IMG/VR virus record: IMGVR_UViG_3300045988_098362
Length of the DNA stretch: 53,272 nt
Strand: one strand, 5' to 3'
Origin: a virus
Shown here: one piece after another, positions 16,756-26,493 of the stretch
Position numbering within the stretch: position 1 is the stretch's first letter
How the letters are laid out: the number at the start of each line of letters is the position of its first letter
The notes under the pieces: generated by a model
What the model was told of the DNA's origin: nothing
Seen by the model: only the letters and a program-made list of their open reading frames with translations
The model's database searches: none
Program-made: the position numbers and the translations under genes

Positions 16756-17463
16756 ATGAAAATCCTTAAAGATGGATTTCGCGCAGATATGGAGCGCATC
16801 AAGCGGGAACTGACAGTGCTGCAAGGCGTGAGTATTCATGTGGGCATTCTGGGAGATGCGGGAAGCGACATCCTGATGATTGCCGGTGTGCATGAATATG
16901 GAGCGACAATCAGTGCGAAGAATGTCAAGCATCTGGCTATTCCGTTGAATATGGAAGCAAAGAATGCTGGCAGTCCCCGCAAATTCAATGACCTGCGGTT
17001 TATTCCAATTTCTCCCGGCTATGGCTTTTTGGTACGCGACAGAAAGCATCCCCAGAAAGCCCCCGGCAGAAAGAAGCAGGAAAAACATGATGCAAAAAAG
17101 CATCCGAGCGGCGGTGAAGAAGACCCGCGCCCGAATGAGGACTACGAGTGGATGTATATGCTGGTGGACAGTGTGACCATCCCGGAACGCAGTTTCATCC
17201 GAGCGAGCTTCGACACCGGCAAGGCCACGCTGGAAAATATCTGCAAAGAAGCTGTTGACGGCATCATTTTGAAAAAATGGACGGCTAAGGAGGCGGCAGA
17301 CTATATCGGGAAGTGGGCGGTCGAAATGACCCACGACTACTTCAACACGAAGCTGTCACCTCCAAAGTCTGCCACAACGCAGCTGACAAGCACCCAGTAT
17401 CAGCCCCTGTTTGATACAGGGCGGCTGTACAACAGCATTTCGTACAGCGTGGAGGGTATCTGA
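16756..17463 (+). CDS. HK97 gp10-like neck/tail-completion protein with an inserted Lys-rich segment
   Basis: VHEYGATI...IPERSFIRASFD resembles the HK97 gp10 family. Confidence 0.45.
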   Translation: MKILKDGFRADMERIKRELTVLQGVSIHVGILGDAGSDILMIAGVHEYGATISAKNVKHLAIPLNMEAKNAGSPRKFNDLRFIPISPGYGFLVRDRKHPQKAPGRKKQEKHDAKKHPSGGEEDPRPNEDYEWMYMLVDSVTIPERSFIRASFDTGKATLENICKEAVDGIILKKWTAKEAADYIGKWAVEMTHDYFNTKLSPPKSATTQLTSTQYQPLFDTGRLYNSISYSVEGI

Positions 17464-17466
17464 TCT

Positions 17467-17835
17467 ATGAGAAAATGGAAAGGACCGCAGATTCCGCGAA
17501 GTCTGCTGCACAGTATGTACGAGGTGCATACTGAGGGCGGCGGCTATGATAAGGAGCAGGGCGGACAGTGGAAGCCGGGAACAACGGTCGAAACTGCTTT
17601 TCAGGGCGTTGTGATGCCGCTGAACAATGAGGATTTGCAGTACATTGACAGCGGAAGCTATACGCTCAATGCTCAGAAAGTCTATACGAATGGGCATACC
17701 CTGCAGGTGGGTGCTCAGTTCCGGGATGGGTTTGACGGCCAGATCTATACGGTCAAGCAGGAGCTGACCCACGGCCCTGTGCATTCGATGAAGCGTTACA
17801 TGGTTGAGAAGAAAGGGGAGAGCAACCCGAAATGA
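17467..17835 (+). CDS. Head-closure / head-tail adaptor-like protein
   Basis: Assigned from size (122 aa) and position in the neck module, plus a weak pattern match to head-closure proteins. Confidence 0.35.
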   Translation: MRKWKGPQIPRSLLHSMYEVHTEGGGYDKEQGGQWKPGTTVETAFQGVVMPLNNEDLQYIDSGSYTLNAQKVYTNGHTLQVGAQFRDGFDGQIYTVKQELTHGPVHSMKRYMVEKKGESNPK

Positions 17836-18341
17836 ATTTCAGGGAACTTCGGAACCGTCTGATCTCAAGCCTGTGGGATTACATTGGATGCCCGGTCATT
17901 CTGTCAAATCAGGTTCAGCCGGAAGCTGAGCCGCCGTTCTGCATCTATACGGTAACTGCACCGTATATCCCGGACGGCGGCATGGGTGACTATGAGATTG
18001 CCGATGTTGCCGAGGGTGTGAAAATCTCTCGGATGGAAATGCCCTCGGCTACATTCTCATTCACCTTTTGCAGCCAGAACCGCACTGCAGAGGATGGATC
18101 CGTGGTGAATGGTGAGGATGAAGCATGGGCGGTTGCTGATAAGGCCATCAGCTACTTTAAGCACGCCGGGCAGGATGATTTCCTTGCGCTGGGCGTGGCG
18201 GTAGTTGATGTGGGTCAAGCACAGGACCGCACAACGCTTCTTGTAGACGAAGCTGCCCGGCGGGTCGGCTTCGATGTGCAGATTCGGTATACCCGCATCG
18301 ATGAGCGCGAAACCGCGTCCATCGAAAAAATCAAAATTTAA
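17832..18341 (+). CDS. Neck/tail-terminator-region hypothetical protein (169 aa)
   Basis: ATGA overlap with the upstream gene. It lies directly upstream of the sheath gene. Confidence 0.35.
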   Translation: MNFRELRNRLISSLWDYIGCPVILSNQVQPEAEPPFCIYTVTAPYIPDGGMGDYEIADVAEGVKISRMEMPSATFSFTFCSQNRTAEDGSVVNGEDEAWAVADKAISYFKHAGQDDFLALGVAVVDVGQAQDRTTLLVDEAARRVGFDVQIRYTRIDERETASIEKIKI

Positions 18342-18358
18342 GGAAAGGACTGAATTGG

Positions 18359-19783
18359 ATGAAAGACATTCAGGTTTTTACCGCGCTCGATGCAAAAACC
18401 GTGGCGGCGGAAAAGCTGGACATCCTGCTGCTCTCGACTGAGGGCGCAGCTGACATGGCAACATACAATGACCTTGAAAAGCTCAAGGCGGCATTTCCGG
18501 GGAAAAAGGTCACGGCCATGGTGGACAAGATGTTCAATCAGGATAACACCCTTGCAGATACGCTTATCCGCAAGGTGCGTGTGGCTGGCATCGAAAATCC
18601 GCAGAATGTGGGCGGCACTGCGTCCCGCATTGAAATTGCATTCGGCGAAAATATGCCGACCGAAACGCTGGAAGCAAGCACTACCTACTATGCCAAAATC
18701 GGCGGCAAGGCTGTGGTGGAGATCACCACCAGCGAGGAAGTGCCGGTGGACTGCGCCGGGCTGGCGAAGCTGTTCGCGGGAACATCCTTTGAGGAAGATG
18801 GTGTGAAATTCATCGCTGCTGTGGACGATAATACCGTTACCTACACCAGCACCACCCGCACGGCTGTTTCTGGCTATGCGGAGAGCATCAGTCTGTACAA
18901 GGATGCAGACTGCTTTGAGGATATGGGCCTGAGCGGCGCTGTCGTGGCGGTTTCCGTAGGCAAGGCGGACACCACTAAGGCTGAAAACCTCATTGCCGCC
19001 ATCGAAGACCTGCGCGACCACAACGATGACTGGTACTTCATCCTGACCGATGTTACCGACCCGGCCTGCGTGACTGCCCTGTGCAAGTGGGCGGAAAGTA
19101 CGGAACCCACGGAAGCGGCGCTGGGTGCCGGTGTGGAAGATCACCGCAAGTTCTATTTCGGTCAGACCAACGACAAGGAATATGTCAACGAGTATGGCCG
19201 CAGTGTTGTGACCTATGCTGATGATCTGACCGAGTGGGCGGATGCGGCATGGGTCGGCAGTGTCGGCCCGTTCTGGCCGGAGAGCGTCACATGGAAGTGG
19301 AAAGTGCCTGATAACGTGAGCGTTGCGGACCTCCGTGACAGCGAGCGCGACCTGCTGGAGGAAAACCGCGTAAATTTTATGACGGCGGAGTATAAGCACG
19401 AGTACATGAAGAACGGCATCTGCGGTGATGGGAATTTCATCGACAATGTGCTGGGTGCCGACTACATCACCTATCAGATCCGCGAAAATCTGTATAAGAT
19501 TTTTATTGCCAACAAGAAGATTTCCTACACGGATGACGGCTTCACACTGGTTGCCGCCGGTGTATTCGCGGCACTCAACCGGGCTGTGGAACTGCACATT
19601 ATCGCAACTGACCCGGAGGATCACACCGCTGTGTACACGGTTGTGATCCCCAAGCGGGCAGATGCGACCGATGAGCAGGTCCGCAACCGCCAGATGCCCG
19701 ACATCAGGTGGAGTGCCCAGCTGGAGGGAGCCGTTCACGGCGTCAAGGTTAACGGCACTCTGCGCGTCACCCTGAATGGCTAA
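18359..19783 (+). CDS. Tail sheath protein
   Basis: A 474-aa protein immediately upstream of a 137-aa tube-sized gene, the chaperone and the tape measure. This is the gene order of contractile tails. Confidence 0.65.
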   Translation: MKDIQVFTALDAKTVAAEKLDILLLSTEGAADMATYNDLEKLKAAFPGKKVTAMVDKMFNQDNTLADTLIRKVRVAGIENPQNVGGTASRIEIAFGENMPTETLEASTTYYAKIGGKAVVEITTSEEVPVDCAGLAKLFAGTSFEEDGVKFIAAVDDNTVTYTSTTRTAVSGYAESISLYKDADCFEDMGLSGAVVAVSVGKADTTKAENLIAAIEDLRDHNDDWYFILTDVTDPACVTALCKWAESTEPTEAALGAGVEDHRKFYFGQTNDKEYVNEYGRSVVTYADDLTEWADAAWVGSVGPFWPESVTWKWKVPDNVSVADLRDSERDLLEENRVNFMTAEYKHEYMKNGICGDGNFIDNVLGADYITYQIRENLYKIFIANKKISYTDDGFTLVAAGVFAALNRAVELHIIATDPEDHTAVYTVVIPKRADATDEQVRNRQMPDIRWSAQLEGAVHGVKVNGTLRVTLNG

Positions 19784-19800
19784 GAAAGGAGGAATCTGTC

Positions 19801-20214
19801 ATGGCAAGTAATATCGAAGTTGCATCCTATGACCCGAAAAAGGTGAACTTGGTGATGAACGGCAAGATCATTACCGGCTTTGCTTCGGACTCTATGATCA
19901 CGATTGCCCGCAACGAAGACACGGTTACTACGCAGGTCGGCGTAAAGGGCGATGTGGCATACAACGAAAATGCAAATGAGAGCGGCACCATCACTGTTAC
20001 GCTGATGGGTACTTCGTCCAGCCTGCCGTATGTCCGCAGCCTTGCGCTCAAGCGTAAGGAAGTCTCGCTGATGATCGTCGATGCAAACGATTCGGCATCG
20101 GTCAATGTGGCAGAGGAACGCTGCCGCGTCATCAAACCGCCTGACATCACCCGCGCAAAGGAGATCGGTTCTGAATCGGTCAGTATCTTTGTGCCGTCTC
20201 TGAATTATCGTTAA
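19801..20214 (+). CDS. Tail tube protein
   Basis: 137 aa with an AAAGGAGGA SD, located between the sheath and the chaperone. Confidence 0.6.
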   Translation: MASNIEVASYDPKKVNLVMNGKIITGFASDSMITIARNEDTVTTQVGVKGDVAYNENANESGTITVTLMGTSSSLPYVRSLALKRKEVSLMIVDANDSASVNVAEERCRVIKPPDITRAKEIGSESVSIFVPSLNYR

Positions 20215-20217
20215 GCT

Positions 20218-20550
20218 ATGGCCGGAACAAACTGGCCAGAGCGTCCAAAAAGTTTATCTGAAAGGGGCTACCGAAAATATATGGCTAAGACTAAGGAAAT
20301 CACCATTGGTGAGCAGAAGTTCACTCTCCAGAGTGTTTCACCCTCGTGGTACTACGACTTCAACGATGAGTGTGGCAACACCGGCAATGGCAAGCGCAAG
20401 AGCGCAAAGTACATGGATGGCATGTTCAAGAACTGCGTTGTGGCACCTGCTGAGGTCAAGGCAACGGGCATGGAATACTTTGACAACAACGAAGACCTGA
20501 AGACCGCCGAAAAGCTGATCGCCGCCATCGAGCAGTTTCTTCGCAGCTGA
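20218..20550 (+). CDS. Tail assembly chaperone (alternative start at ATG 20281)
   Basis: A small acidic protein directly upstream of the tape measure gene. It is followed by a start-less ORF in the +1 frame. Confidence 0.5.
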   Translation: MAGTNWPERPKSLSERGYRKYMAKTKEITIGEQKFTLQSVSPSWYYDFNDECGNTGNGKRKSAKYMDGMFKNCVVAPAEVKATGMEYFDNNEDLKTAEKLIAAIEQFLRS

Positions 20551-20734
20551 ACTGGACATTGCCAGTGCTGCCCACAAAGCCAAAGTCAACAAGGGCTTTT
20601 GGTGCATGGTGTGGTCTGGCAATGGCGTGACCTACACAGAACTGCGTCAAATGGATCTGGCAGAGTACCAAGAGTGCCGTCAGGCCAAACGCCTGTGGAT
20701 AGAGCAGTGGCGTGAAGAAGCAAAACCAAAATGA
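20519..20734 (+). other. Start-less +1-frame ORF: candidate frameshift extension of the tail chaperone
   Basis: The +1 frame is open from 20519 to the TGA at 20732-20734 and overlaps the last 10 codons of the chaperone. No ATG, GTG or TTG occurs before ATG 20606. The candidate slip site is CAG-TTT-CTT-CGC (20533-20544). Confidence 0.4.
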
Positions 20735-20791
20735 GAGCCGAACTCTTTCAAGAGCCGGCTTTTTCTTTTGCGCATCGGGAGGTGAAACCAC

Positions 20792-23695
20792 ATGGATGAT
20801 GCGCGCAACCTGCAATACGGTATCGGTTTTGATACTTCTAATGCTGAAATCTCTGTTGAGAACCTCGGTGAAAAGGTTGAAACCCTCGAAGAAAATATTG
20901 GGGCGGTTGAAGTTGGGGCGCAGCAGATGGGTGCATCTGCGGTTTCTGCTTGCCAGATGGGGCAGGGCGCGGCCGAGCGCTTCACCGGGGCTGTTGGTGA
21001 TGCTTCGGGTGGACTGGATGATATGGCTTCCAGTGCATCCGAAGCGGGCAACGCGGCTCAAAAGGCGGCGGGTCATTGGAACATGACCGCTGAGGGGCTT
21101 GAGTGGGTGGAAGAAGCTGCTCAGGCCGCAGAAGCCGCCGCTGAGAGTTTCCGTGAGGAAATGGATGACTCCGGCGGTGCCGCCGGGCGCTTTCGGGCGC
21201 AGATCAAAAAAACGGCTGAGTCGGCGCAGGACATGGGTACTGCATTCAATGGTGCAATGGCCGATGGTCTTGATGCCGGCCAGAGCATTGCGAAGTCTTT
21301 TCGGACTGGCGTGACCGGGGCGATGGATTTTACCAAGAAACGGGCAGAAATTTTCGCCAACAACATGGTCCGAAATGCAAAAAACATCAGCAAGGCATTC
21401 CAGCACCCCATTAAAATCATCCGCAGTGGGCTGGTGTCCGCACTTCGCCGGGTAAAGAAATCTGAGGATGAAACCGCAGACGGCGCGGACGATGCCGGAG
21501 ACCATCTTGCGGAAATGGGTGCCGCCGGGGAAGATGCCGGCAACCAAATCAAAGAAGCTATATCCGGGGCGGTCAAGGCTTTTGTCGGCTTTGAAGCCAT
21601 AAAACGCGGCATCGAACTGCTCAAGCAGTTTGGCGCGGCGGCGGTGAGCGCATTCTCTGATGCCGAAAGCACTTCAAAGAAATTTGGCCGCTCTTTCTCC
21701 GAGGAAGCGTCCGCATGGGCGGATAACTACGCTGACGCGGTGCATCGGAGTACTGCCGAAGTCCAGAGTTTCATGGTCTCCAACAAGGCCATGTATAACG
21801 AGTTGGGCATTACGGCTGCTGCGGCCGAAAACCTCTCTGAAATGACAACCTCGCTGGCGTATGACTTTGGTAATGCGTTCAGCATGGACGATTCGGAAGC
21901 GCTGTCGCTCATCCAGAGCGCAATCGGTGGCAGCACCGATGCTTTGAATGAGTACGGGATTGTCCTCGACAAAACGGCCTTGAAGAGCAGCGCCGCAGCT
22001 CTTGGGCTTGGCACCAATATTGATGCTCTGGATGATGCCGCAATGGCTCAGGTCAGGCTCAATGCCATACTGGAGCAGAGCGGCGACATTCAGAAAGCCG
22101 CGGTCGAGCAGACCGGCGGTTTGACGAACTCCATCAAATCGCTGAAAGGCGAAATGGCTGACTTCATGGCCGATGCCGGAGAAAAATTTTCCCCGGCGCT
22201 GGAAGATATGGTCGGCGTTTTTCTGGATGAATGGCCGGAACTGGAGCCGACACTGCTTGAATTCGTTGGAATTCTGGCAGATGGGATGAGCGCCGCGGTG
22301 CCGGTCATTTCCAATCTGGCGCAAAGTATCCTGCCGTCCCTGATTTCCACGCTGGGAACTCTGTTTGATGCCGCCGGGCCTGTCCTGAGTATCATCGGAG
22401 ATCTGGCGCAGGAAATTTTGCCGCCGCTGGCTGGAATTATCAGCGAGTTGGCGGCGAATGCGCTTCCGCCTTTAAGAGATATTTTCGATGAGCTGAACTA
22501 TCGTGTGGTTCAGCCCCTGATGCCTGTGTTGCAAGAACTGGCCGAGGATCTACTCCCTGTCCTCGGTATGGCTCTTGGGTCAGCGGCGGATATGGTTGGC
22601 CCTCTCGCAGATGCGTTTATGCCGCTCCTGACGGACATTCTCCCTGTGTTCGGCTCGTTGGTATCGACGCTGGCCGGGTCGATCATCCCGCCGCTGACCG
22701 ATATTTTGCAAGTTGTGATTCAGGCACTACAGCCGATAATTCGGCTCGGCCTGCAAATCGTAGAAAATATCCTGCCGGTGGTGACCCCGCTCATCGAAGC
22801 GGCGGGTTCTGTGCTGTCCGGCGTGGTCGTGCCGGTGCTGGACTACATTTCGCCGGTGCTGGGGGTAATCGCCGATGCACTCGGCGTTGTGGTGGGCTGG
22901 GTAAGTGATTTGCTCGGATTTTTCACCAGCGGCGTGAGTGCAGTGGTCGATTGGTTCAGCGGGCTGTTCGGCGGGGCAAAGGACAGCACCGATGCCGTGC
23001 AGGAACTAACCGGCGCTGTCAGCGATTTGGACGGTGCTGCTGGCACGGAAACCTCGCTGGCGGTTGACACGTCGGAGTATTCCTCCAGCGTTTCACAGGC
23101 TTCCCAGCAAGCGCAGAAAGCTGTTTCTGAGGCAGCGACCGCTGCCCGCGAAATCTCCAACGAGAATTACGGGCAGATGGCAGAGGATGCAGAGACTGCC
23201 TATGCGAGCATGACCCTTGATGCAGAAAATGCTTGGGACCGCATGGAAAAGGCGGCATCCGAGGGCGCAGAAAACATCATCGGGTCTATCCAGAAAATTT
23301 TGTCTGCGGCTGATGCTGTCAGCGGCATCAATATCAATCTGAGCAGCAGTGCGAACATTCCGCACAATGCTGATGGCACAGATGATTTTGAGGGCGGCTG
23401 GACACACATCAATGAGCGCGGCGGCGAAATGGCATATCTGCCGTCCGGCACCGCAATTATCCCGGCCGACAAGACAGATGAAATTATCAACAACTCTACC
23501 AGCAGTTCCAGCGTAACCTATGAGGATCATTCTACTTTCTCTCCGACCATCAGCATCACGCTGGGCGGGGAAACCACAAAAGCCGATGCTGAAGAAATCG
23601 TCCGCCGGGTAAAACAGGCGATGGAAGATTTCTGGCAGGAGAAGAAAGAGGAAGAATATCACGAGCGCACCCTGCAGGGAGCGTATGCACAGTAG
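20792..23695 (+). CDS. Tail tape measure protein
   Basis: 967 aa, Ala/Gly-rich and helical, with internal repeats (ILPPL.., LLPVLG..). A GGAGGTG SD is present and the position is canonical. Confidence 0.85.
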   Translation: MDDARNLQYGIGFDTSNAEISVENLGEKVETLEENIGAVEVGAQQMGASAVSACQMGQGAAERFTGAVGDASGGLDDMASSASEAGNAAQKAAGHWNMTAEGLEWVEEAAQAAEAAAESFREEMDDSGGAAGRFRAQIKKTAESAQDMGTAFNGAMADGLDAGQSIAKSFRTGVTGAMDFTKKRAEIFANNMVRNAKNISKAFQHPIKIIRSGLVSALRRVKKSEDETADGADDAGDHLAEMGAAGEDAGNQIKEAISGAVKAFVGFEAIKRGIELLKQFGAAAVSAFSDAESTSKKFGRSFSEEASAWADNYADAVHRSTAEVQSFMVSNKAMYNELGITAAAAENLSEMTTSLAYDFGNAFSMDDSEALSLIQSAIGGSTDALNEYGIVLDKTALKSSAAALGLGTNIDALDDAAMAQVRLNAILEQSGDIQKAAVEQTGGLTNSIKSLKGEMADFMADAGEKFSPALEDMVGVFLDEWPELEPTLLEFVGILADGMSAAVPVISNLAQSILPSLISTLGTLFDAAGPVLSIIGDLAQEILPPLAGIISELAANALPPLRDIFDELNYRVVQPLMPVLQELAEDLLPVLGMALGSAADMVGPLADAFMPLLTDILPVFGSLVSTLAGSIIPPLTDILQVVIQALQPIIRLGLQIVENILPVVTPLIEAAGSVLSGVVVPVLDYISPVLGVIADALGVVVGWVSDLLGFFTSGVSAVVDWFSGLFGGAKDSTDAVQELTGAVSDLDGAAGTETSLAVDTSEYSSSVSQASQQAQKAVSEAATAAREISNENYGQMAEDAETAYASMTLDAENAWDRMEKAASEGAENIIGSIQKILSAADAVSGININLSSSANIPHNADGTDDFEGGWTHINERGGEMAYLPSGTAIIPADKTDEIINNSTSSSSVTYEDHSTFSPTISITLGGETTKADAEEIVRRVKQAMEDFWQEKKEEEYHERTLQGAYAQ

Positions 23696-23706
23696 GGGGT
23701 GATTTT

Positions 23707-24303
23707 GTGGCATACACCATTACAGGCGAAAAGTGCGGGACGGTCCGCCTTGACGCTGAAAAGACCGGCGTAGTCGTAACGGAAAGCGTCCAGCGCAGCA
23801 GCAAGGTTACATCAAACCCGGTGGAAAAGGGTTCCGACATCAACGACCATGTTATCAATGATCCGGTGGTCTTTTCCATTACGGGTGTTTTTCTTGACGA
23901 AGATCAGTCCGATATTCTGGAAAGAATGTGGAAAGAAAAAGACGTAGTTGAGTATACCGGACGCACTCGGATCTCTGACTGCGTTATAACTTCGTTCAAA
24001 TCCGACATAAGCGCTGACAATAAAAACGGCTCAAAGTTCACCGTAAGCCTCAAGGTCATCAACCGGGTATCCGCAGAGTATGTGGCAAGCGGTGAGCAGA
24101 TGATGTCCGCACAGGATGCAAACGCATCCAAAAAGGTCAGCAAATCGCAGACAAAATCGACTACGGCCGATGGTCTGCATACAACGGTGTCCCAGACTAT
24201 TTCCTCCAGCGCGTATTCCTCTTATGTCAACAGCTATGCGAACAAGGCGGCAAGCAGCAGCGGGCCGTCTGGCCGCACGACAAGGGCCTACAGCGCCGCG
24301 TAA
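23707..24303 (+). CDS. Post-tape-measure tail/baseplate-hub-associated protein
   Basis: GTG start after GGGGGTG. Assigned from its position after the tape measure, as in PBSX/Mu-like tails. Confidence 0.4.
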   Translation: MAYTITGEKCGTVRLDAEKTGVVVTESVQRSSKVTSNPVEKGSDINDHVINDPVVFSITGVFLDEDQSDILERMWKEKDVVEYTGRTRISDCVITSFKSDISADNKNGSKFTVSLKVINRVSAEYVASGEQMMSAQDANASKKVSKSQTKSTTADGLHTTVSQTISSSAYSSYVNSYANKAASSSGPSGRTTRAYSAA

Positions 24304-24315
24304 AGGAGTGAAGCT

Positions 24316-24678
24316 ATGGAGGGGTTGAAACTCATCGACCTCGGAAATGAGGTCAGCTATATTGATGTTGACACGTCAAAGGTGCCTTATACGTTCTCCG
24401 TCAAGCTGGGCGACAGGACGTTTGCATTCAGCATCCGCTACAATGAGGTAGGCGGTTTCTTTACGGTAGATCTGTCGATTGCCAGCACAGGTGAAGTGCT
24501 GGTGTACGGTGATATTGTGAGATATGGCCGACCGCTGTTCAACAGCGTGGAGGATGAGCGCTTCCCGGTGCCGGTCATTATGCCGCTGTGCCTGACCGGC
24601 GACGATATTTCGGAGGTCACATTTGAAAATTTCGGCAAAGAAGTTCGGCTGTACCTCTGGGAAAGGAATGCAGCGTGA
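24316..24678 (+). CDS. Baseplate-region hypothetical protein (120 aa)
   Basis: An AAAGGAG SD is present. It lies in the baseplate gene string. Confidence 0.4.
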   Translation: MEGLKLIDLGNEVSYIDVDTSKVPYTFSVKLGDRTFAFSIRYNEVGGFFTVDLSIASTGEVLVYGDIVRYGRPLFNSVEDERFPVPVIMPLCLTGDDISEVTFENFGKEVRLYLWERNAA

Positions 24679-25514
24679 AGTTTTGGAAGCGTCAAGCGAC
24701 CTTGCAAATAGGGTCGAAGCGGTTTGGCATGGATGATCTCTATTTCAAGTTTACGGTGCCCTTTGAGGACAGCGAAAAACTGGGAACAGCGACCATCGAA
24801 GCCTACAACCTATCTCCGGCCACTCGCAACAGCATCAAAAAAGGAATGCCGATTATCCTCAATGCAGGATATGAGGGGGACATAGGTGCTATTTTCACCG
24901 GGAAAGTTTCACAGGTTTCAGACAAGCATAGCGGCACAGAGGTCATTACCACCATTGCGGCCGCTGAAGCTCTGGAAGAATGGCTCTCGAAAGAGGTCAA
25001 CAAGACCTACACCGCCGGGAGCAAGGCCAGTGCCATTGTAAAAGACCTGCTCAACATTTTTGGGCTTGAGGTTGGAACGATGGAGCTGGCGGTGGATAAA
25101 GAATACCCGCGCGGCAAGGTCTGCAAGGGCAAGGTGAAAAATGTCCTGACGGAGATCGTTACCTCTGACTGCAAGAGCCGCTTCCTCATAAGAAACGGCA
25201 TTGTTACCATCAATGACCCAAAAACAGGCACGAAAACAGGATATGTCCTCAGTGCTGAGTCGGGGTTGTTGAAGGCAGCGGAAGCCACGGATCGCACCGA
25301 AACGACGACCCGCCAAACGACCGTCAAGGATGGGAAAGAAAAGCAGGAGGTCACTTATAAGCGGGAATGCCTGCTCAACTACCATCTGGCCCCGGCGGAT
25401 GTTGTGAAAATAAAGTCGGATACTCTGAATGGAAACCACCTTATCAAAGGCGGTCAGCATACAGGGTGCCCGGACGGTGACTGGAAAACAACGATTGAGG
25501 TGAAGCCTGTATGA
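24675..25514 (+). CDS. XkdQ / gpD-like baseplate hub protein
   Basis: IEAYNLSPATRNSIKKGMPIILNAGYEGDIGAIFTGKVSQV resembles the XkdQ/late-control-D family. Position supports the call. Confidence 0.5.
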   Translation: MKFWKRQATLQIGSKRFGMDDLYFKFTVPFEDSEKLGTATIEAYNLSPATRNSIKKGMPIILNAGYEGDIGAIFTGKVSQVSDKHSGTEVITTIAAAEALEEWLSKEVNKTYTAGSKASAIVKDLLNIFGLEVGTMELAVDKEYPRGKVCKGKVKNVLTEIVTSDCKSRFLIRNGIVTINDPKTGTKTGYVLSAESGLLKAAEATDRTETTTRQTTVKDGKEKQEVTYKRECLLNYHLAPADVVKIKSDTLNGNHLIKGGQHTGCPDGDWKTTIEVKPV

Positions 25515-26107
25515 ACGGAAAAAGAGAATATGACCTGAGAGATCAGGAACGCCGTGAGCAGGCGGCCAATGTCCGCGTTGGAGCCTTGTGCCGGGTGGAA
25601 AAATTTGACCCTGCGGCTATGCGGGTTGATGTGCAGCCGCTTTCCAAAGCACTGGATGCCGGCGTGTATCGTACCCAGCCGCAGATTTTGTCTGTCCCGG
25701 TCGCGCTGGTTCGGGGCGGCGGCTTTGTCCTGCGCCCCTGCTACAAAGCGGGGGATGTTGGGGTGCTGCTCTATATCGACCACGATATTGACCGCATTGC
25801 GGCATCTGGAGAAGAAAGCGAGCCGAACACGGAACGCAACCACTCTGATGAAGATGCCGTTTTTATCGGTGCATTTGTGCCGGCATCTAACCCGCTGTCT
25901 GGACTGCCGGACAACTGCCTTGTGATGGCGACCGAGGGCGGCGGGATCTATGTGGCAGTGAAACAGGACAAGGTGGAAATCAAGGGCGATGTGGAAGTTC
26001 AGGGCAAAGTTAAAGTCCGGGATGACGTGATCGCCAAAACGATAAGCCTTGTCAACCACAAACACACGGACAGCAGGAACGGCAACACGTCGGCCCCGCT
26101 GCCCTGA
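25511..26107 (+). CDS. Baseplate central spike (Gp138 / Mu gp45-like OB-fold)
   Basis: VDVQPL...SVPVALVRGGGFVLRPCYKAGDVGVLLYIDHDID...DEDAVFIG matches the spike N-terminal domain pattern. Confidence 0.55.
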   Translation: MNGKREYDLRDQERREQAANVRVGALCRVEKFDPAAMRVDVQPLSKALDAGVYRTQPQILSVPVALVRGGGFVLRPCYKAGDVGVLLYIDHDIDRIAASGEESEPNTERNHSDEDAVFIGAFVPASNPLSGLPDNCLVMATEGGGIYVAVKQDKVEIKGDVEVQGKVKVRDDVIAKTISLVNHKHTDSRNGNTSAPLP

Positions 26108-26118
26108 GGAGGGGAAGA

Positions 26119-26493
26119 ATGGCAAACATTACTGTTCTGGCATTGGATCCTCAAACAGGAGATTTGTGCTTTGATGCCAATGGGATGCTGATGCTCCGTG
26201 AGGATGCAGAAGCGATCGCGCAAAACGTCAGAAACAATCTTCTGACATGGAAAGGCGAATTTCCACTCAATACCGATCATGGAACCGACTGGGAACGTGT
26301 TGTGCAGCAGCCCCGCAGTGAAGCGGTGGATGAAGCGGACAGCGTTGTGCGGTCGAGCATTTTTCAGGAACCGTATGTGCAGGAAATCAGTTCTCTTTCC
26401 ATGATGGCCGATGGCCGGGCGCTCGGTGTGGAATTTTCGGGTGTCCTGTACAATGGCGAAACAATCAGAGTGGAGGTGAACACTGGTGGATGA
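26119..26493 (+). CDS. gp25/XkdS-like baseplate wedge protein
   Basis: 124 aa, directly upstream of and overlapping baseplate J. Confidence 0.5.
   Translation: MANITVLALDPQTGDLCFDANGMLMLREDAEAIAQNVRNNLLTWKGEFPLNTDHGTDWERVVQQPRSEAVDEADSVVRSSIFQEPYVQEISSLSMMADGRALGVEFSGVLYNGETIRVEVNTGG

Noticed and set aside
20735-20791. A T-rich stretch (gccggctttttctttt) with weak pairing between the chaperone region and the tape measure gene, considered as a terminator.
   Set aside because: I could not draw a convincing stem. A terminator inside the tail operon directly upstream of the tape measure SD is unlikely.
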